DNA of 64,000 nt from Octopus vulgaris. Taxonomy: Eukaryota. Below the pieces are notes generated by a model, which was given only the letters and a program-made list of their open reading frames with translations, ran no database searches and had not been told where the DNA came from. How positions within the stretch are numbered: the first letter of the stretch is position 1; each line of letters begins with the position of its first letter. This document shows positions 14,220 to 29,072 of the stretch, one piece after another. Made by a program: the position numbers and the translations under genes. The DNA is taken from NCBI GenBank assembly GCA_951406725.2, contig OX597816.1, positions 32,488,001 to 32,552,000 on the forward strand, read 5' to 3'.

Positions 14220-14620
14220 ATCATTCCATCCAACTTCGAAGTGGTTCAACAATCTCAGCCAATCGTGACTCATAGTGCATCCAACTTCGACACGTAGCCC
14301 TGGTGTTTGATTTGATCCTACTATTCATCCTTTCGATCGCTGAATATAAATACTTAGCTCGGGAGATATCACTCCGGAAGTGTTTGTGAGGCACCATCTT
14401 ATCCCTGTAATTTCTTTTCGTTCCGTTGCTCTTTCCATATAAGAGGTGGCCAGTTCTTTTCTTAATTTTTGGTCTGTGACACAATAGCGGATTCTGTTGA
14501 TTCACAGGTTTGCCATGTCACACACTGTCCAGTAATTACTTTCGTCACCAAGGAAGTTTGGCGGGGTCTACGTTTCAGGCCCCAACAATCCGGCCACGTG
14601 ACAAGTTACAGTGGTTTACA
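14220..14620 (-). mobile_element. RTE-like LINE 3' remnant
   Basis: HLLYGKSNGTKRN...HKHFRSDI resembles KQLLYGEL..GKR..GRP.KRFKD. Confidence 0.4.
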
Positions 14621-14892
14621 TGTTATCAAAGTGCACAGAAGCGCAATATCTCTTAGATATAGTGGAATATTTTAAACTTCCCCTGATATACAAGTGGAAA
14701 ATTCTACCTGCAGACCTGGAAAATGTGTGCTTCTTAAATATTGTGTAATATAAAATTAACAAATAGCAAAAATAGATATGTAAATCCGTGTGTGTAGTAA
14801 GCCTTGCAGAGAGAGTCGTGATCAGAGCAAGAAGCATCCACGAAGAACGCTTGGTTAGAAGAGCGAGGGAAAAATGGTCAGCAACAGCAGCG

Positions 14893-15085
14893 GTGGGGGC
14901 GCAATAGCACAGTGTTTAGCGAAGCGAATTCGAGGTCGTAAGAACGCGATTTCGATTACCAGACCGGGCATTGCGAGTGTTTATTGAGCAAAAACACATA
15001 AACTCCACGAGGCTGCGGCGGTGGGGTTGTGTGAACACCGCTGTAGTCTTTCACCACAACATTCTCTCACTCTTTCTTCATACTT
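14893..15085 (+). mobile_element. Old, diverged copy of the tRNA-Arg-like (OR-type) SINE 5' half
   Basis: Aligns by eye to 43790-43980 (ggcgcaat...ttcgattaccagaccgggc...tttcaccacaac). Confidence 0.8.
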
Positions 15086-15372
15086 CTGCCACAAAACAGA
15101 GGAACCATTGTTTAAACCCACTATGGTGTGGTAAATTTCCAGACCCTAGTCTAAATTGCGAATCCTCTGTGCCCCAGGATGGTTCAGCTTTCCACCCGTT
15201 AAAAGCCACCATTTAAGGAATGAGGATAACAACGTACCTTTCGTGCCTGTGCAACTGCCAGTATATCGCATGTGGTGGATGAATCTTCAAGTTGCCACAC
15301 ACATTCTAAGCAGCTTAGAGTAGGTTGGGATTAGAGATTATTACTTGTGGCTAATGGCGTGAGTCCTAATTG

Positions 15373-15635
15373 GAAGAAGAAGAAGAAGAAGAAAAAGAAG
15401 AAGAAGAAGAAGAAGAAAAAGAAGAAGAAGAAGAAGAAGAAAAAGAAGAAAAAGAAGAAGAAAACGAAGAAGAAGAAGAAGAAGAAAAAGAAGGAGAAGA
15501 AGAAGAATAAGAAGAAGAAGAAGGAGAAGAAGAAGAAGAAGCAACAGCAGCGTTAGCAGCAGCAGGAGCAGCATAAGCGGTAGCAGTGGTGGTAGTTGTG
15601 ATGGTGATGGCGACGTTGGCAGCAGCAGCAACAGC

Positions 15636-15694
<59 letters not shown>

Positions 15695-15698
15695 CAGT

Positions 15699-15748
<50 letters not shown>

Positions 15749-15755
15749 TAGTAGA
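15373..15755. repeat. Compound (GAA)n / (CAG)n / (TAG)n microsatellite
   Basis: Direct reading. Confidence 0.95.
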
Positions 15756-15869
15756 GGTCGTTATTTCTAAACTCATCCGTAGATCCATCTGAAAGAAATG
15801 AGACCCGAAATCTCAACCCTAACACCTCAGATCACACACCAACTTACAATGACAAATGTATGAGCAATA

Positions 15870-16560
15870 TATGGATATGCGCAGAGTATATACTGGTTAA
15901 GACCTCACTGAAAAACCGAGAAAGCAATCTCACTAAGCATTTGGCGACAATGTGACGAAAAAAATTTCGACAAATTGGCAAATAGTCATTGATATCATGC
16001 ATAATTTAAACAATGACATTCAAAAGTATAGAGTGGAAATTAACAACACGAAATAAGAAGGAAATGTTAGTTAACATACTGCAAAATCAAGTTGTTTATA
16101 TGCCAGAATATGAGGCTCACCAAGCACATTATAATGTTACCTCTATGAATAAGGAATCCTCCGTTCCCAACGAACATGTATAAACTACTTTTAAGAAAAA
16201 AATGCCTGATTACACCCAAAAAGGAATCCTTCAAGAGTTTGGATGCGACTTCACTTCATTAATTCTTATGTATGCAGCACATCAACCACAGATATATAAA
16301 AACAAACACAGGGTATCGAACAAAAAAATGGGGCCCAAGATTAACATGCGGAACAAACAAGGGAAGAAAAGAACGAATAAAGAAAGGAATTTAAAAGTTT
16401 CAGAGGGAATATATTATGTTAGATGGATTATATAAAGAGATCAGAGTTAATAGAAGGAAAGCGCAAAGAGCGAAGGACAAGAACTACGTTAGATTCCTCA
16501 CTCATAACAATATCGAACGAAGAGTTTAACCACGGTCTATCCATAGAAATTAATTAGCAT
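15870..16560 (+). mobile_element. Degenerate LINE RT remnant
   Basis: KAF-DNV-like and LILMYAAH (YADD-like) motifs in the expected order. Confidence 0.35.
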
Positions 16561-16607
16561 TACCTGACACTTTTTGGGTCTTCTAGACACCAATAGCCCT
16601 CATACTC

Positions 16608-16684
<77 letters not shown>

Positions 16685-16687
16685 ATG

Positions 16688-16833
<146 letters not shown>

Positions 16834-16921
16834 TATATACATATACAGTATGTCACCTCGTGAGTACCACTGGCGATTTTTTTCCTCTGTCTTCCCTTCT
16901 CGGGTTCTTTCCTTCTCCTAT

Positions 16922-16956
16922 GTTTCCGACGAAGAGCTCCACTCGAAACGTTAAAC
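16922..16956 (+). ncRNA. Minimal hammerhead-like motif (U4C variant) in a ~180-bp pLTR-like unit (16850-17027) between (TA)n arrays
   Basis: GUUU-CCGACGA-A-GAG ctcca CUC-GAAAC-GUU-AAAC: 4-bp stem I, ACGU palindromic stem III. Confidence 0.6.
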
Positions 16957-17063
16957 CCTCCTTCTTCCCTTCTTTCCTGAGCGTCCAATCTTTTTGTTTC
17001 TTGTTTTCTTGTTTGGATTAAATTTAGATATATATATATATATATATACATACATATACATAC

Positions 17064-17128
<65 letters not shown>

Positions 17129-18289
17129 TGTATAGATATAGACATGATATCTATAATTATGTATGTATGTATGTATATGCATAAGTATATATATATATAT
17201 ATATTTATATATATCAGCTTATCAGCAAAATAAATACTTAGTATCACTATACGTCTGCAATGCGGTCAGTCTTCCTGAAACTTCCTATGCCGTACAACAT
17301 CACAGTTTATTGACATTTAAAGCGACTTTCGTAGATGATGAAATACTTCCCGAGGGAATAATTAGTCTTCACTATTAAATATTTTATATCTCTTAAAACC
17401 TGAAACTATATATATAAACAATAGCAATCGACGTCTTACTTTATACTGTGAATAGTCAAAATTAGATTTTTGTTTTACTTTTCTATTCATCCCAATAATT
17501 GAGAGCTCTAATTTATATGTTAACACGACTCTTCACACTTCATCTCTACAAATTCTTTGAACTATATCTCTCTTATTTACTGAAATTTCTTTACCAAGTA
17601 CCACACACGAATACTTGGTAATAACGGTCTTTATTTGTGTTGTATACTAGAATACATTCCTATAGTTGTATATTCGTTTTCGTCTTATTAAGAAAATAGT
17701 ATTCAGCAAACTATGTCATTTGTGGGGCTCAGAGAAGAGCATTATGTGATGTAGTTAACTTCGGGACAATCTGTATTTGATTTTCATTAGTCCGGTTTTT
17801 CATAATATTACAAAATCTGAGAGAGTTTACAACCTTATGTACACAAAAAAATACGTATATATCAAGCCTACTATCTCAACAAAATATTGCATCCATGTGT
17901 GTGTGTGTGCTTGTGTGTGTGTTAGTATGTGTGCATGTTTGTGTATGTGTGTGTGCATGTATGCATATGTGTTTATATGCATGTTATGTAACTTGGGATA
18001 AGTAATGGCTTCAAAAATCTTCGCTATTCAAAATACAAGAATTACATATGAATAATCGTAACTTAACGCAACTATAAAATCTATCATTGCAATTGGTTGT
18101 GTTTAAATATCGACAGGTTTACCGAAAGCACTCAAGACAATTCGCCTTCATAATATTTCTTTTTCTTGAAAATGTCAAGCCTACACTTCTTTCCATTCCC
18201 CAAACATTTACAAAGAAACATTTTCCTGGAAAATTGCACTTGTTAACTAGCAGTACTAGTTATATATTACTATTATTATTATTATTGTA

Positions 18290-18346
<57 letters not shown>

Positions 18347-18890
18347 GAGTGAGGGAGCAGTGCATGCCATCAAAGTGACACAGGGGTAAAATATACGAAG
18401 CCCAGTATACACATCATGACTACACGTCTGATAAGGGTACACCAGGCACATGCATCACAACCATATGTGCGCGACATGGTGATCTCATATCAAGATAAAC
18501 AGCACATGACCTTGCAGGTAGAAATTTCTTCTGGTTGAGTAACCCAATCCGCTCAAACAGTCCCTGAATAAGGGTTGTTTAAGGATGTTGAACGAAACAC
18601 CCATGTTTCCAGAGGTGAATTATTAAAACCCCAAATAATCCCTCTCAACACATGGCTATGATGCTCCCCCACTACTTGTGCTCGTGATCAGAGATGCACA
18701 TATCATCAGCCACTAAGGGACATGCTCAACTGGTTAACGTCAAGCAACTTACAAGAAAATCTGTGGTATTGAGCAGAATATTTGCTGTAGCTCATCTTTT
18801 ATACTAAGACAAAACAATGTACATGATAGCACTTCCAATCAGTTAAGATCAGAAACCATGAAAGCCACTGCCTGGTACTGCATCAGGGCA
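18347..18890 (-). mobile_element. ~545-bp non-coding interspersed element embedded in (TAA)n (longest copy)
   Basis: Flanked on both sides by (TTA)n; closely similar reverse-complement copy at 35032-35555. Confidence 0.9.
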
Positions 18891-18905
18891 TTATTATTAT
18901 TATTA

Positions 18906-19029
<124 letters not shown>

Positions 19030-19497
19030 CATAATCATCATAGGACTGTGCTCGTGGATTTCAAAAGGAAAGGACGCGTGTTCGTGATCTGTAAGTTTTC
19101 GTTCAATTGTTACAAATAATATTGTTGTATCTGATACTTTTTTCTGTGGCCAAGCCCACTTGGCTCTTGCTGACCTGAGCGATTAGGCAGGATTTTGCTC
19201 CTATTTCTGTGAATTTTCAATTAATATTTTCCGTCTTTATAATTTTTCAATTTTAAAATTTGTAAAACTTGCCTCGCGGAACTGTGTCAGCTTTTCCTTT
19301 GTTTTTGATTTCACCCCTCTGTTGTCAGGAGACAACCAAAGCAGTTTGAAAGTTAATTGTCTCCACCCATTCTGCGCCTTAAACGGCAGAGAGCGCAACG
19401 ACCAAAGCTTGGCTAGCACGTACAATGTTGAGCAACAGAAGGAGAGGAAGAAAATAAACGCGAGAACGAACAGGAAAAGAGCAAAAAAAATTAGATA

Positions 19498-20500
19498 ATG
19501 GACTCTTCTAGAGACGCAACACCTGTGAATCCAAGCCCTCCAACTAACACCACTAGCACTGACAAATTGAACACTCAACAAGAAGAACCCAATGTATTAA
19601 ACAGCCGACGTTTTGCTTCAATTGCAAAATCTAGCGCTGAGTTCATTAATTTTTGTGTAGAATCTCTCAAAGACTACGAAAACATTTTAAAAACAAAAGC
19701 GAAATATGAGATTCGATATTGTAGACAATACAAACAAGCGTACTATAGTATACAAAACTATGTCTTTAAAAATAGACTTTTAGAAACTTACACATGCAAA
19801 CAGTTGTAAAATTCTTTTAACCCATATGGAAAGATGTAACATATCTGTCGGAGTTTAGAAGTCATAGTTTCTACAGGAGACGTAGCAAAACAATGCTCAA
19901 CACCACAGCAGAGAAACAGTGAACTTGTCCTAGTTCCAACATACTTGAGACGGCGCGTCACCAAAATAAAAACGCTGAAGATACCATCAGAAATGTTCGA
20001 TTGTCACAGCCGTCCTCTTCGACTTAGAAGATAAAACCAGAATAATCCAAATCGAGAAACAAGGACAAGAGCAACTGGACTGGTCAGGAATTGCAAATAA
20101 TGGTCGAAATAAAGGAAGACATTTTGGAACAAATTACCGACCAACTCAGCCTTCCTGATGGCACTATGCTGAACGTCAGAGTTGAGAGCAGAAGGCTAAT
20201 ATAGTATCGATGCAGACAGAATAACCACCTGAAAGCCTTCTGCACGCACCTAAAACTGCATGTGGGCACTACAGTATAGATAGAAGTACCACCAACATCC
20301 CAACAACAAACGCAACCTCAATAAAATGAGAAACCCCAAGGAAAGAAAACAGAGAGGTCTCCAGCAAAAAGACCACCACCAAAAACAACAATGACTACAC
20401 GAGAAACAATAACGCCATCCACAATAGAGACGCTGACCATAACACCAACACAGTGCCTACAAAAAAACCAACGATGTAGCTCTTGTCAAACTTACTAGTA
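19498..20500 (+). mobile_element. Degenerate ORF1 (gag-like) of a non-LTR retrotransposon (Tx1/L1-like)
   Basis: PTYLRRRVTKIK..IP and VRVESRRLI*YRCRQNNHLKAFC (decayed CCHC knuckle); similar to YIGKCTTRVRITRIPPE at ~57100-57140. Confidence 0.55.
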
Positions 20501-20933
20501 TAGACAAAGAAAAATACAGACATGAATATGACAGACTTTGCTTCCACCACGGATAACATACCGGCACAACGCAGGCAGATACTTCGAACATCGCATCATA
20601 CAATCAGCGACATAAAATCCAAATGTCCGCAGGCGGTTGGAGGCTTTAACACTAAAGTGTTGGCGTATTTAGACAGGGCCACAATTACTGGAAAGTGAAC
20701 ATGTCACTCCCGGCGTACCAATCTTACAAACAACGGATTAATGTGTTTGTCCAGAATGTTTTGACGGGGATATCGTCAACAATAATTGGTGGTATAACCG
20801 AAAAAAGGGCCATCAAAGTAGAATCAGATAGATTTAGGAAGGTTTTAGATGTAGAAAGACATAGAACAGTGGATGATTTAGTGAGAAAGCTACAAGAGGA
20901 AATTTTTTCCAAGATTTCTACCATTGTGGTACT

Positions 20934-21314
20934 GGAATGGAAGCACTCCGTCGGTTACGACGACGAGGGTTCCGGTTGATCCGAATCAACAGAACAGCCT
21001 GCTCGTGAAATTAACGTGTTAGTGGCTGAGCACTCCACAGACACGTATACCCTTAACGTAGTTCTCGGGGATATTCAGCGTGACACAGAGAGTGACAAGG
21101 CCGGCCTTTTGAAATACAGGTACAACAGAAACAGGAAGTAAGAGAAAGTTGTGGTGACAGAGTACAGCAGGGATCACCACCATCCCCTGCCGGGGCCTCG
21201 TGGAGCTTTAGGTGTTTTCGCTCAATAAACACTCACAACGCCCAGTCTGGGAATCGAAACCGCGATCCTATGACCGCGAGTCCGCTGCCCTAACCACTGG
21301 GCCATTGCGCCTCC
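20934..21314 (-). mobile_element. Full-length tRNA-Arg-like (OR-type) SINE with target-site duplication
   Basis: Reverse complement of 43790-44184; TSD attgtggtact (20923-20933) / actgtggtact (21315-21325). Confidence 0.92.
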
Positions 21315-21817
21315 ACTGTGGTACTATATGGTGTTTCATTTGGCATGTTATGTATTAATCGTATATACTTCCTTTTTCGGAGATCCTAGGCTTGTGTTGT
21401 TTGAGGAAAATGTTTTAATTGTTTCGCATTACTTTGCAAAGTTTTCCACGATTTCGTGGTTGTATTTTTCGTATCAGTATCTTCACAATTTAATTGTTTT
21501 TCAAGTCTCACTCAAAGTCCCAAAGACTGAAAACTGTACAAAAAATGTTCTTCACGATAAAATTGTTTTAGCATTTTCTACCCTGTCTTATTTTCCTTAT
21601 ATATATCAACGCGTGTGGTTCTTTTGAAACTTCTACATACACACACGCACACTCACAACACACACACACACACACACACACATATTTAGAGATAAATATA
21701 GGTATATATATATTGATATATCCATATATATGTGTATACAGGGGGAAAATTCACAAAAAGGTTGGTGGAGACAGCAAGCAGATGTATTAGTATAACGCTC
21801 GGGAAGTGAAAAAAGTA

Positions 21818-21851
21818 TTTAACGTTTCGAGCCTACGCTCTTCAACAGAAA
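21818..21851 (-). ncRNA. Degenerate minimal hammerhead motif (A6U) in a pLTR-like unit (~21740-21915); more decayed relative at ~5600-5800 (+)
   Basis: UUU-CUGUUGA-A-GAGC gtag GCUC-GAAAC-GUU-AAA; shares gagcgtta.actaatacatctg with 5738-5760. Confidence 0.5.
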
Positions 21852-21937
21852 GGAACACAGAAAGAAACAAGGAGAGAAAATAAAGAATGTGTAGTGGCGA
21901 GCGATCTATCCTGGAGAATATATGTATGTATAAATGA

Positions 21938-21978
<41 letters not shown>

Positions 21979-22737
21979 CGTGTGTGCGTGTGTGCGCGCG
22001 CGCGCGTGTATATAAATGCATATATATGTATATATATATATACACACAAATATAGGATGAAACACATGACCACATACTCACACGCACGCTTCACACACAC
22101 ATTAGGATGCATACGTAGACACACATACATACATGCATACATATGTGTATACGCATGCACACTGACTCACACACATGCGCACAAACAAACAACATTGTAC
22201 ATATATATGAATACCCATGCATGTGTGTGCGTGTATGTGTATGTGTATTCACGTGAGTGAATATGCATTTATGCGTGTGTGTTAGCAGAAGCATATTCAT
22301 TCGTGTGTGTGTTAGTGTATGTACTTGAGTGTGCGTGCGCGCACATGTACAGAAGCTCACACTTGCATCAATATAGGCATGAACGCAAATCCATATAAGC
22401 GCATCCACACATGTATCGAGCTATATACTTGCACATACCTTAGCTTCTTATTTCCCGTCCAACAACGCGACTGATTTCCTGTTAACTCTGTAGTATTTTC
22501 CAAGAAGCTGTTGTTGCATATATACAAACATCAATCCATTGTGTGACGTTCATCGACCAATTGAAGTCCGCCTTGCGATAATAACAAGCAACTCTCATTC
22601 AAATTAAAAACGGCCGAATATAAACATCACATTGAATGTCGAGGCACCAACGTGTATGTGTAACGAATTTTTTTGGATGCGCATACACACACACACACAT
22701 AAAAATAAAACATACACACACATATTTCTGTAAGGAC

Positions 22738-22779
<42 letters not shown>

Positions 22780-22835
22780 ATATATGCATATATACACAGG
22801 TACACACAAATACATACATACATATACATATGCAT

Positions 22836-22905
<70 letters not shown>

Positions 22906-23156
22906 ATATGTGCATATATACACAGGTACACAGGTTTGTTTCTTTCGTTATTCGAAAAAAAATTTCGTTCTCTATGTTTTTCGTCTACTTTGTTTTTTGA
23001 TGTCGTCTACCCATATATGCATGTATATATACCTCCACGTATGTATATATGCATATATTTATATATTATTGATATATGTATATGTGTATATATATATATT
23101 TGATATATATATGTATATATATAATATATATATGTATATATATATATATACGTATG

Positions 23157-23223
<67 letters not shown>

Positions 23224-24031
23224 GTATATATATAAATATATATATGGATATATGTACATGCATCTATATGTATATACACACAAACATACAGTGTGTATAT
23301 ATGTATTTTCAACGTTATTTTTGTAAGGGACTAGCAGTCAGATTATGTGATGATGCACATTTACGCAGTAACACTGTTTCATTGTCATTTTAACGTCAGA
23401 ATGTGCCAGACACCTAAGTGATTGATTACTTCCAGCAATCAATTAATTAATGGTTTAATTAAAACCAGTTTCGATAAAGTAATGATTTTACATTTTGTCA
23501 CAAGGGAAGTGATTTTAAGCCGATGTTATGCCGAGTACATCGGTCCAAGAAGACATTAGCTATTCATTTTAACACCACTAAAGGATGAACGTTCACTTCC
23601 GTTTCAAGACAGCCTACAACTAAAACCTGTTAGAAGTGTCGCTATAGAATTGCCCATTCTACAAAACTTTATGCCAGCTCGCAGACTAAATTTTTAATAT
23701 AATTATAAATAGTAGCTTATTTTCATTTCTTTTACTTTTTCCTTTTTTTTTTTTAATTTTCATTTTTGGTTAAATGACACGTTCAGGACATAAAACTATT
23801 GTAAAGTAGTAATGGATTTGTTGCTCCGAAGTTTGCGATATAATGTTCTTGTTTCATCCTACCCCTTTTTAAAGGGGCTGCCCTATGATGAAATGCCATA
23901 GCTGCAAGTATCCCTTAAAACATATGCTTTCAGTACGTGGTTTTGCTGTTACTTACGTTATTGAGATGCTTCAACACAAAAGTAGAAAATCTAATTGCTT
24001 CCAATGTTTAACTAATGAGGGGGAACTTAAC

Positions 24032-24535
24032 TATGAGGGGCAACTTAAAAGAAATCGAATTTTGCAATAATGTTTCATTTACTTAACTTTATATGTTTAA
24101 TTTTTATGGCCTTCAAACTATTCTTCATTTGCAGAAATGCATCGGTCTAGATACGCTTTCCAATGTTGGAAACATGCTGGAACTCTTGCAAAATGATGCA
24201 TTTCAACGCCTCCCTCGTTTTTGCCTTCACGTCTTCCAATCTGCAAGTTCCATAACACCTCCTGTAATCACCAATGAAGACCATTATAAAACTGTCGGAA
24301 TCAAATTCTTAATGTACGAAACCCACCGAATCATGACATATTTTGATCTTCCGTGAGCAAACTTGGAGCAAATGTTGGTGCAATACTTTATATTCGCAAT
24401 TCCCCGTCCTGAACACGATGGCTGTAGCTTCAGGACACACCAGTCATAACACGTTCCTAAACTGTTCGAAGATCAGTTCATGTATATTCTTGATGTTCTC
24501 ATCTGAACTGGAGCTCGGCGGTCGCTTTGAAAGGG
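24032..24535 (-). mobile_element. Mariner-type DNA transposon remnant (internally deleted)
   Basis: FAPSLLTEDQ and DVKAKTREALKCI..EFQH..LDRCISANEE*FEG; TA followed by TIR-like tgaggggcaacttaaaagaaatcg at 24032. Confidence 0.7.
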
Positions 24536-24577
24536 GTTGGTTTTCTTATATAAGAAAATACATAAATATATATATAG

Positions 24578-24702
24578 CAACCACATGGCACCGTGTACAG
24601 TCCCAGCGTTTGGCACCTTGGACAGGTGTCTTGTACTCTAGCCCGGGACTACCAAAGACATGTGGGTGGATTTGGTAGATCGAAACTGAAAGAAAACCTC
24701 TC

Positions 24703-24750
<48 letters not shown>

Positions 24751-24779
24751 ATGTGTGTGTGTGTGTGTGTGTGTGTATC

Positions 24780-24814
<35 letters not shown>

Positions 24815-25010
24815 ATATTTGTGCGCCTGTCCCCCACCATTGCTCAACAGCCTATGTTGCTGTTTTTAAGTCCCCGTAACATAGCGATGTGGCAAAGAGA
24901 CCGGTACAATAAGCACTTGCAAAGAATAAGACCTGTGGTCGATTCGCTCGACTAAATGCAGTGTTCCAACATCGTCGCTGTCAAATGATTGAAACAAGTA
25001 AAAGAATAAT
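24578..25010 (+). mobile_element. SINE with an internal (TA/TG)n tract; 3' parts also at 25905-26090 (+), 36350-36405 (+), 61040-61200 (-), 62505-62545 (-)
   Basis: Shared tail ...gaataag.cct..ggtcgatt...tgctccagcatggccacagtcaaatgac.gaaacaagtaaaaga. Confidence 0.7.
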
Positions 25011-26329
25011 AAACAAATACATGTATTAAAATTAATCAAAGTACATACTAAGTATGTCTGCCTGCTGGAAACAACACTCAAAACTCTTAATTAAATCGCC
25101 AAAATACACTGAAATCAAATGGCTTGTCGGCAGTCAGAGGCCTGAAATTTGTCAAAATGGCATATCTCTGTTGACAGTAATAAGAAAACTCGTAATTCTT
25201 GTTATGGATATTAATGTCTACCCTCATTATTTAACTTTGGTATAGCCATTTTCTCTAGCCTGTGGATTTGCTGCGGAAAATTATTAGCAGCAGAATCCTT
25301 TCCGGTCTTAGCTAGCCAGCATGTGGACATGTTAATAACTATCTTCATACGCAATTGGTGGAACTTTATACATGTTCTATGTCGCGAGGACGTTTCGCAT
25401 CTAGTTCCGTAAATTATGTGTCCTGCCAGGACTTCACTGAAGAGCTATGGAATACTTTAATGAAGACCGATAGCGAAATCTTAACTAATGGAGTTAATAA
25501 CTCTATTGTGTCTCCATTAATATTTTTCTGTGATACTTTATCACTGATTTGGGTTCTGTTTTTACTGGGGCTATTGGCCAAATATACAGGCGGTAATGTA
25601 GCGGATATTTTAAATTTTGTCTCTTTGGTAGACCTAACTGAAGAGGACCAATCAGTTTTACTATAACAAACGTATTCTGAAAAGATCAAATCTCGAGTAC
25701 AAGTTTATCGATTTCTCTGTCGGTGTTGCTAGAGGTAGGACGAAATTTTTAAATATTTGTCACCCGCTCACATCGTTGCCTCTATGAATTCAGTAAAGCC
25801 TTACCTAGCATGAAACGGTTATCGACTGCTATTTCCAGCAAAATGTGGTACCTTGTTGCACCACTATTTTCTGCTTTTATTTTCTGCACCCTTTACGGTG
25901 CTTATTTCCCAACATCAGTTGACAAACGATGCTGGTGTGTTTACGTCCTCGTAACTTAGCGGTTCGTCCAATCATACCGATAGAATAAGTACTAGGCTTA
26001 CAAAGAATAAGTCCTGGGGTCGATTTGATCGACGAAAGTTGGTGCTCCAGCATGGCCACAGTCAAATGACAGAAACAAGTAAAAGAGAGTAAATAATATA
26101 TATATATTTTACACTCATACATATACGTACATACATACATACATACATACATACATACATACCCGTATACGAATATGCACGTGTGCGTGTGTGTATTTAT
26201 ATATGCGTACATATCTATATAAAACTATGTAGAATTTGCATGAACTTCTTTTATTGCTTAATAATAGAACAATAATTTCAGATGCAAAACAGTTATATAA
26301 ATGAGTTCAAAGAAATTTGATCAGTATAT

Positions 26330-28075
26330 ACTTATACCCTTTCCTTGAGTCAAAATGCACGTTGGTTGCAAAGTTACGGTTAAGATACGTATATATAAGA
26401 AAACAAACACACAACTTCTCGCATTCAGCATACATAGCGCTGAATTCTTCTATCCAAGTGCATGGCATATCTGTAAAGAGAAATGTATAAGTATCTCACG
26501 TAATATTTCAATTTTCCAACATAGTAGACTTGTGTTGTGTGAAAGATGTGTCTCCTCTTCTAATGGACTATACCTCCGCTGAATTACTTCACTTGCAACT
26601 GGATCGAAATATTGTAAATCTCTTTGACGCATCCAAATTAAATGAGAGCGAATGTTCTATAAGAAATCTGTTCCTGTGATATTCTTTCACTTTTTACAAC
26701 CAATTTGTTAAAACATTTCAATGTAATAATGTTATCGAGTGAATGCTGGCTTTCTGGGTTTTTCTTTTCTTGTTTTCTTTCCTCCATAAGATATCGAACT
26801 TTAGATAATTTTCCTCAAGTTCGAATGTAACATCCAAAGTAAATTGTCTTTGATTTATCTCTACTTAGTTAATTTGCATAACATTTTCAGAAGCTCAGTG
26901 AACTAACTTACAATACTGTTTCATTATTCTCATAAAAATATTTTTTATCCAGTGCCAACGAAGGAAAATTAATATGATACGTGCTAAAAATTAAAAACAC
27001 GCACAGACCCACACACAAACGCTACGCACAGGCACACTAACACACACATTCACACACACTTACACACACATACACATACATATATACATATTTGTGTGAG
27101 CTAGTGCGTGGATGTCTGTCATATAACCTATAGTGAACATATAAACTTATTTTACTAAGGAAAGAAAAAACCTATATGAAGAGTCACATTTAACGACGTT
27201 GGTAGATAGTCTTACCCATGAAAAAAGGAAGCGACATATAACCGGACTTAGAGTGATTGGAGAAATTGACGAGTTACTTCTAAGCTAAGGCAAATGTGTA
27301 AGAGATAACAAATTTTGTTTTCTTATATTTCTTTTACACTTGTTTAGTGCGCAATCGAAGCTAGACTATTTGTGTGTAAATTATTTTTGACAATAAGTGC
27401 AAGCTCTAGTATAGAAATTGATACCAGATACTTTCGGATCCGACAAAGGTTTACTGATAGTAAAGTAAGTAGAGAACAGTATGTAAGCTCCAAACAGATA
27501 TAGGTTGGTTTGGGTGTAACGACGTTAAGCTTCAGTCCTCTGAATTGAGAAAGATCTGAAACTAAGCAACACGAAGACAAGACTTAATATGACTTGCTGG
27601 AGGGCGGTCACAACGTACTTGTCGCCATTATGATCATCATCGACGCTGTGACTGTTGTCAGTATTAACAGCTTTAGCAGAACAATCAGCATCCACGTCAT
27701 CGACATAGACATCATCATCTTCATCATCGTCATCATCATCATTAGCAGCAGCAGCAGCAGAAGTAGCAGGATGTATAATCTGCAGCATTAAAATATCGTT
27801 CACACCATTGTCGTTGTACCGATCAATATCATCAGACTTATCTAGCATTCGGGCAGATTTACTACGTAAGGACTGTCTTGTTATAGAAGCCAATAAGTAT
27901 CAACAAATTTAGCGTTGAATCTTCAGCTCCTAGCATTCCTACCAGAACATCTGTGACCGATAAATATCCGCCTCTAGCTTTAAATTCACGCAAGAGATTA
28001 CGTGTAGAAGCATCACTTTCTGTGAATCGATATAAAGAAGCATAAAAAAACAGCACAAAACACGTCTATAAAAAT

Positions 28076-28174
<99 letters not shown>

Positions 28175-28680
28175 ACATATATACATACGTACATACATAC
28201 ATATATGTGTGTGTGTAATGCTGACTTAGGTCGTTATATTTCTTAGAGATTCTCGGACGTGAAAATCAACGTCTGTTCAAATATTTAGAAGAAAAATCCA
28301 GACCAAAAATAGTCTTCGTTATAGAGTTAATTTAGCATCAATTGCTTAGTTCTGATCAAGTTAGTATAGAAGGAAGTAGGTGAACATATTTGATATGTTA
28401 AACTAGTCGAGATACTAATGCCACGTGAAAAATTGTAAAGAATCATATTTAACATACGTGTAGACAGGATTAGGAAAAGAAATTCAACCTAATTGTCATA
28501 AAAGTAAAGCTTTCTCCTTATCAACAATATTTGTTGAAATCAGACCATTGTTAAATGAATTATATTATATGACCCAAAGGAGCATACACCTCTGCCCTTT
28601 CGTTGTGCGTCATAACATTTGGGTAACAAGGCGTCGTTGTTAGCCACTAAGAAGTTATTGCTGTGATATTAGTAAGGCAA
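26330..28680 (-). pseudogene. Decayed ANF-receptor extracellular-domain exons (probably the 5' half of rGC copy B)
   Basis: Acceptors near 28020 and 27568; ESDASTRNLL...TDVLVG (27954-27937)...GFYNKTVLT..MLDKS (27848-27834); LSQF..LNVV....IC; frameshifted YAHAL; LNRNFATNVHFDS (26384-26346), similar to NRTF.G.TG.V.ID. Confidence 0.5.
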
Positions 28681-29072
28681 ATTAAATATTTGCTGATGTG
28701 CAGATAGATTTGACGAGCTGAAATTAGAGTTGCGCTAAGCAAAGGTTAGGAAATTATGGGTGCATATATTCATATTAAATATGTTATTGGCCACAGAAAT
28801 GTTATCGTGAGTGCACAATCTTTTTAAGGGCAATATGTGTGAAAAATACAACTCACCACTACAGGTGTAATAATGGCGTCACCGTTCATAATGCATAAGT
28901 TTCTGCGTCAGTAAGTGGCCTTAGCGACTGTTACAGCGTTGTCATATTTGGGGTCTAAGATCTTATTTTTCTTGTAACAGAAATGCGAAGATTCCATTTA
29001 CTATGTGCAGTGAAACTTTAGTACGGTAAAAGTAATTCCATAAATGTATTGCATATTGTTAGATACATTACA

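Noticed and set aside
25433-25490. CTGAAGA-gctat...atagc-GAAA hammerhead-like string
   Set aside because: Stem II is present but stems I and III cannot form.
25414-25689. 91-aa minus-strand ORF (and overlapping 103-aa plus-strand ORF)
   Set aside because: No recognisable motif; stops flank it in frame.
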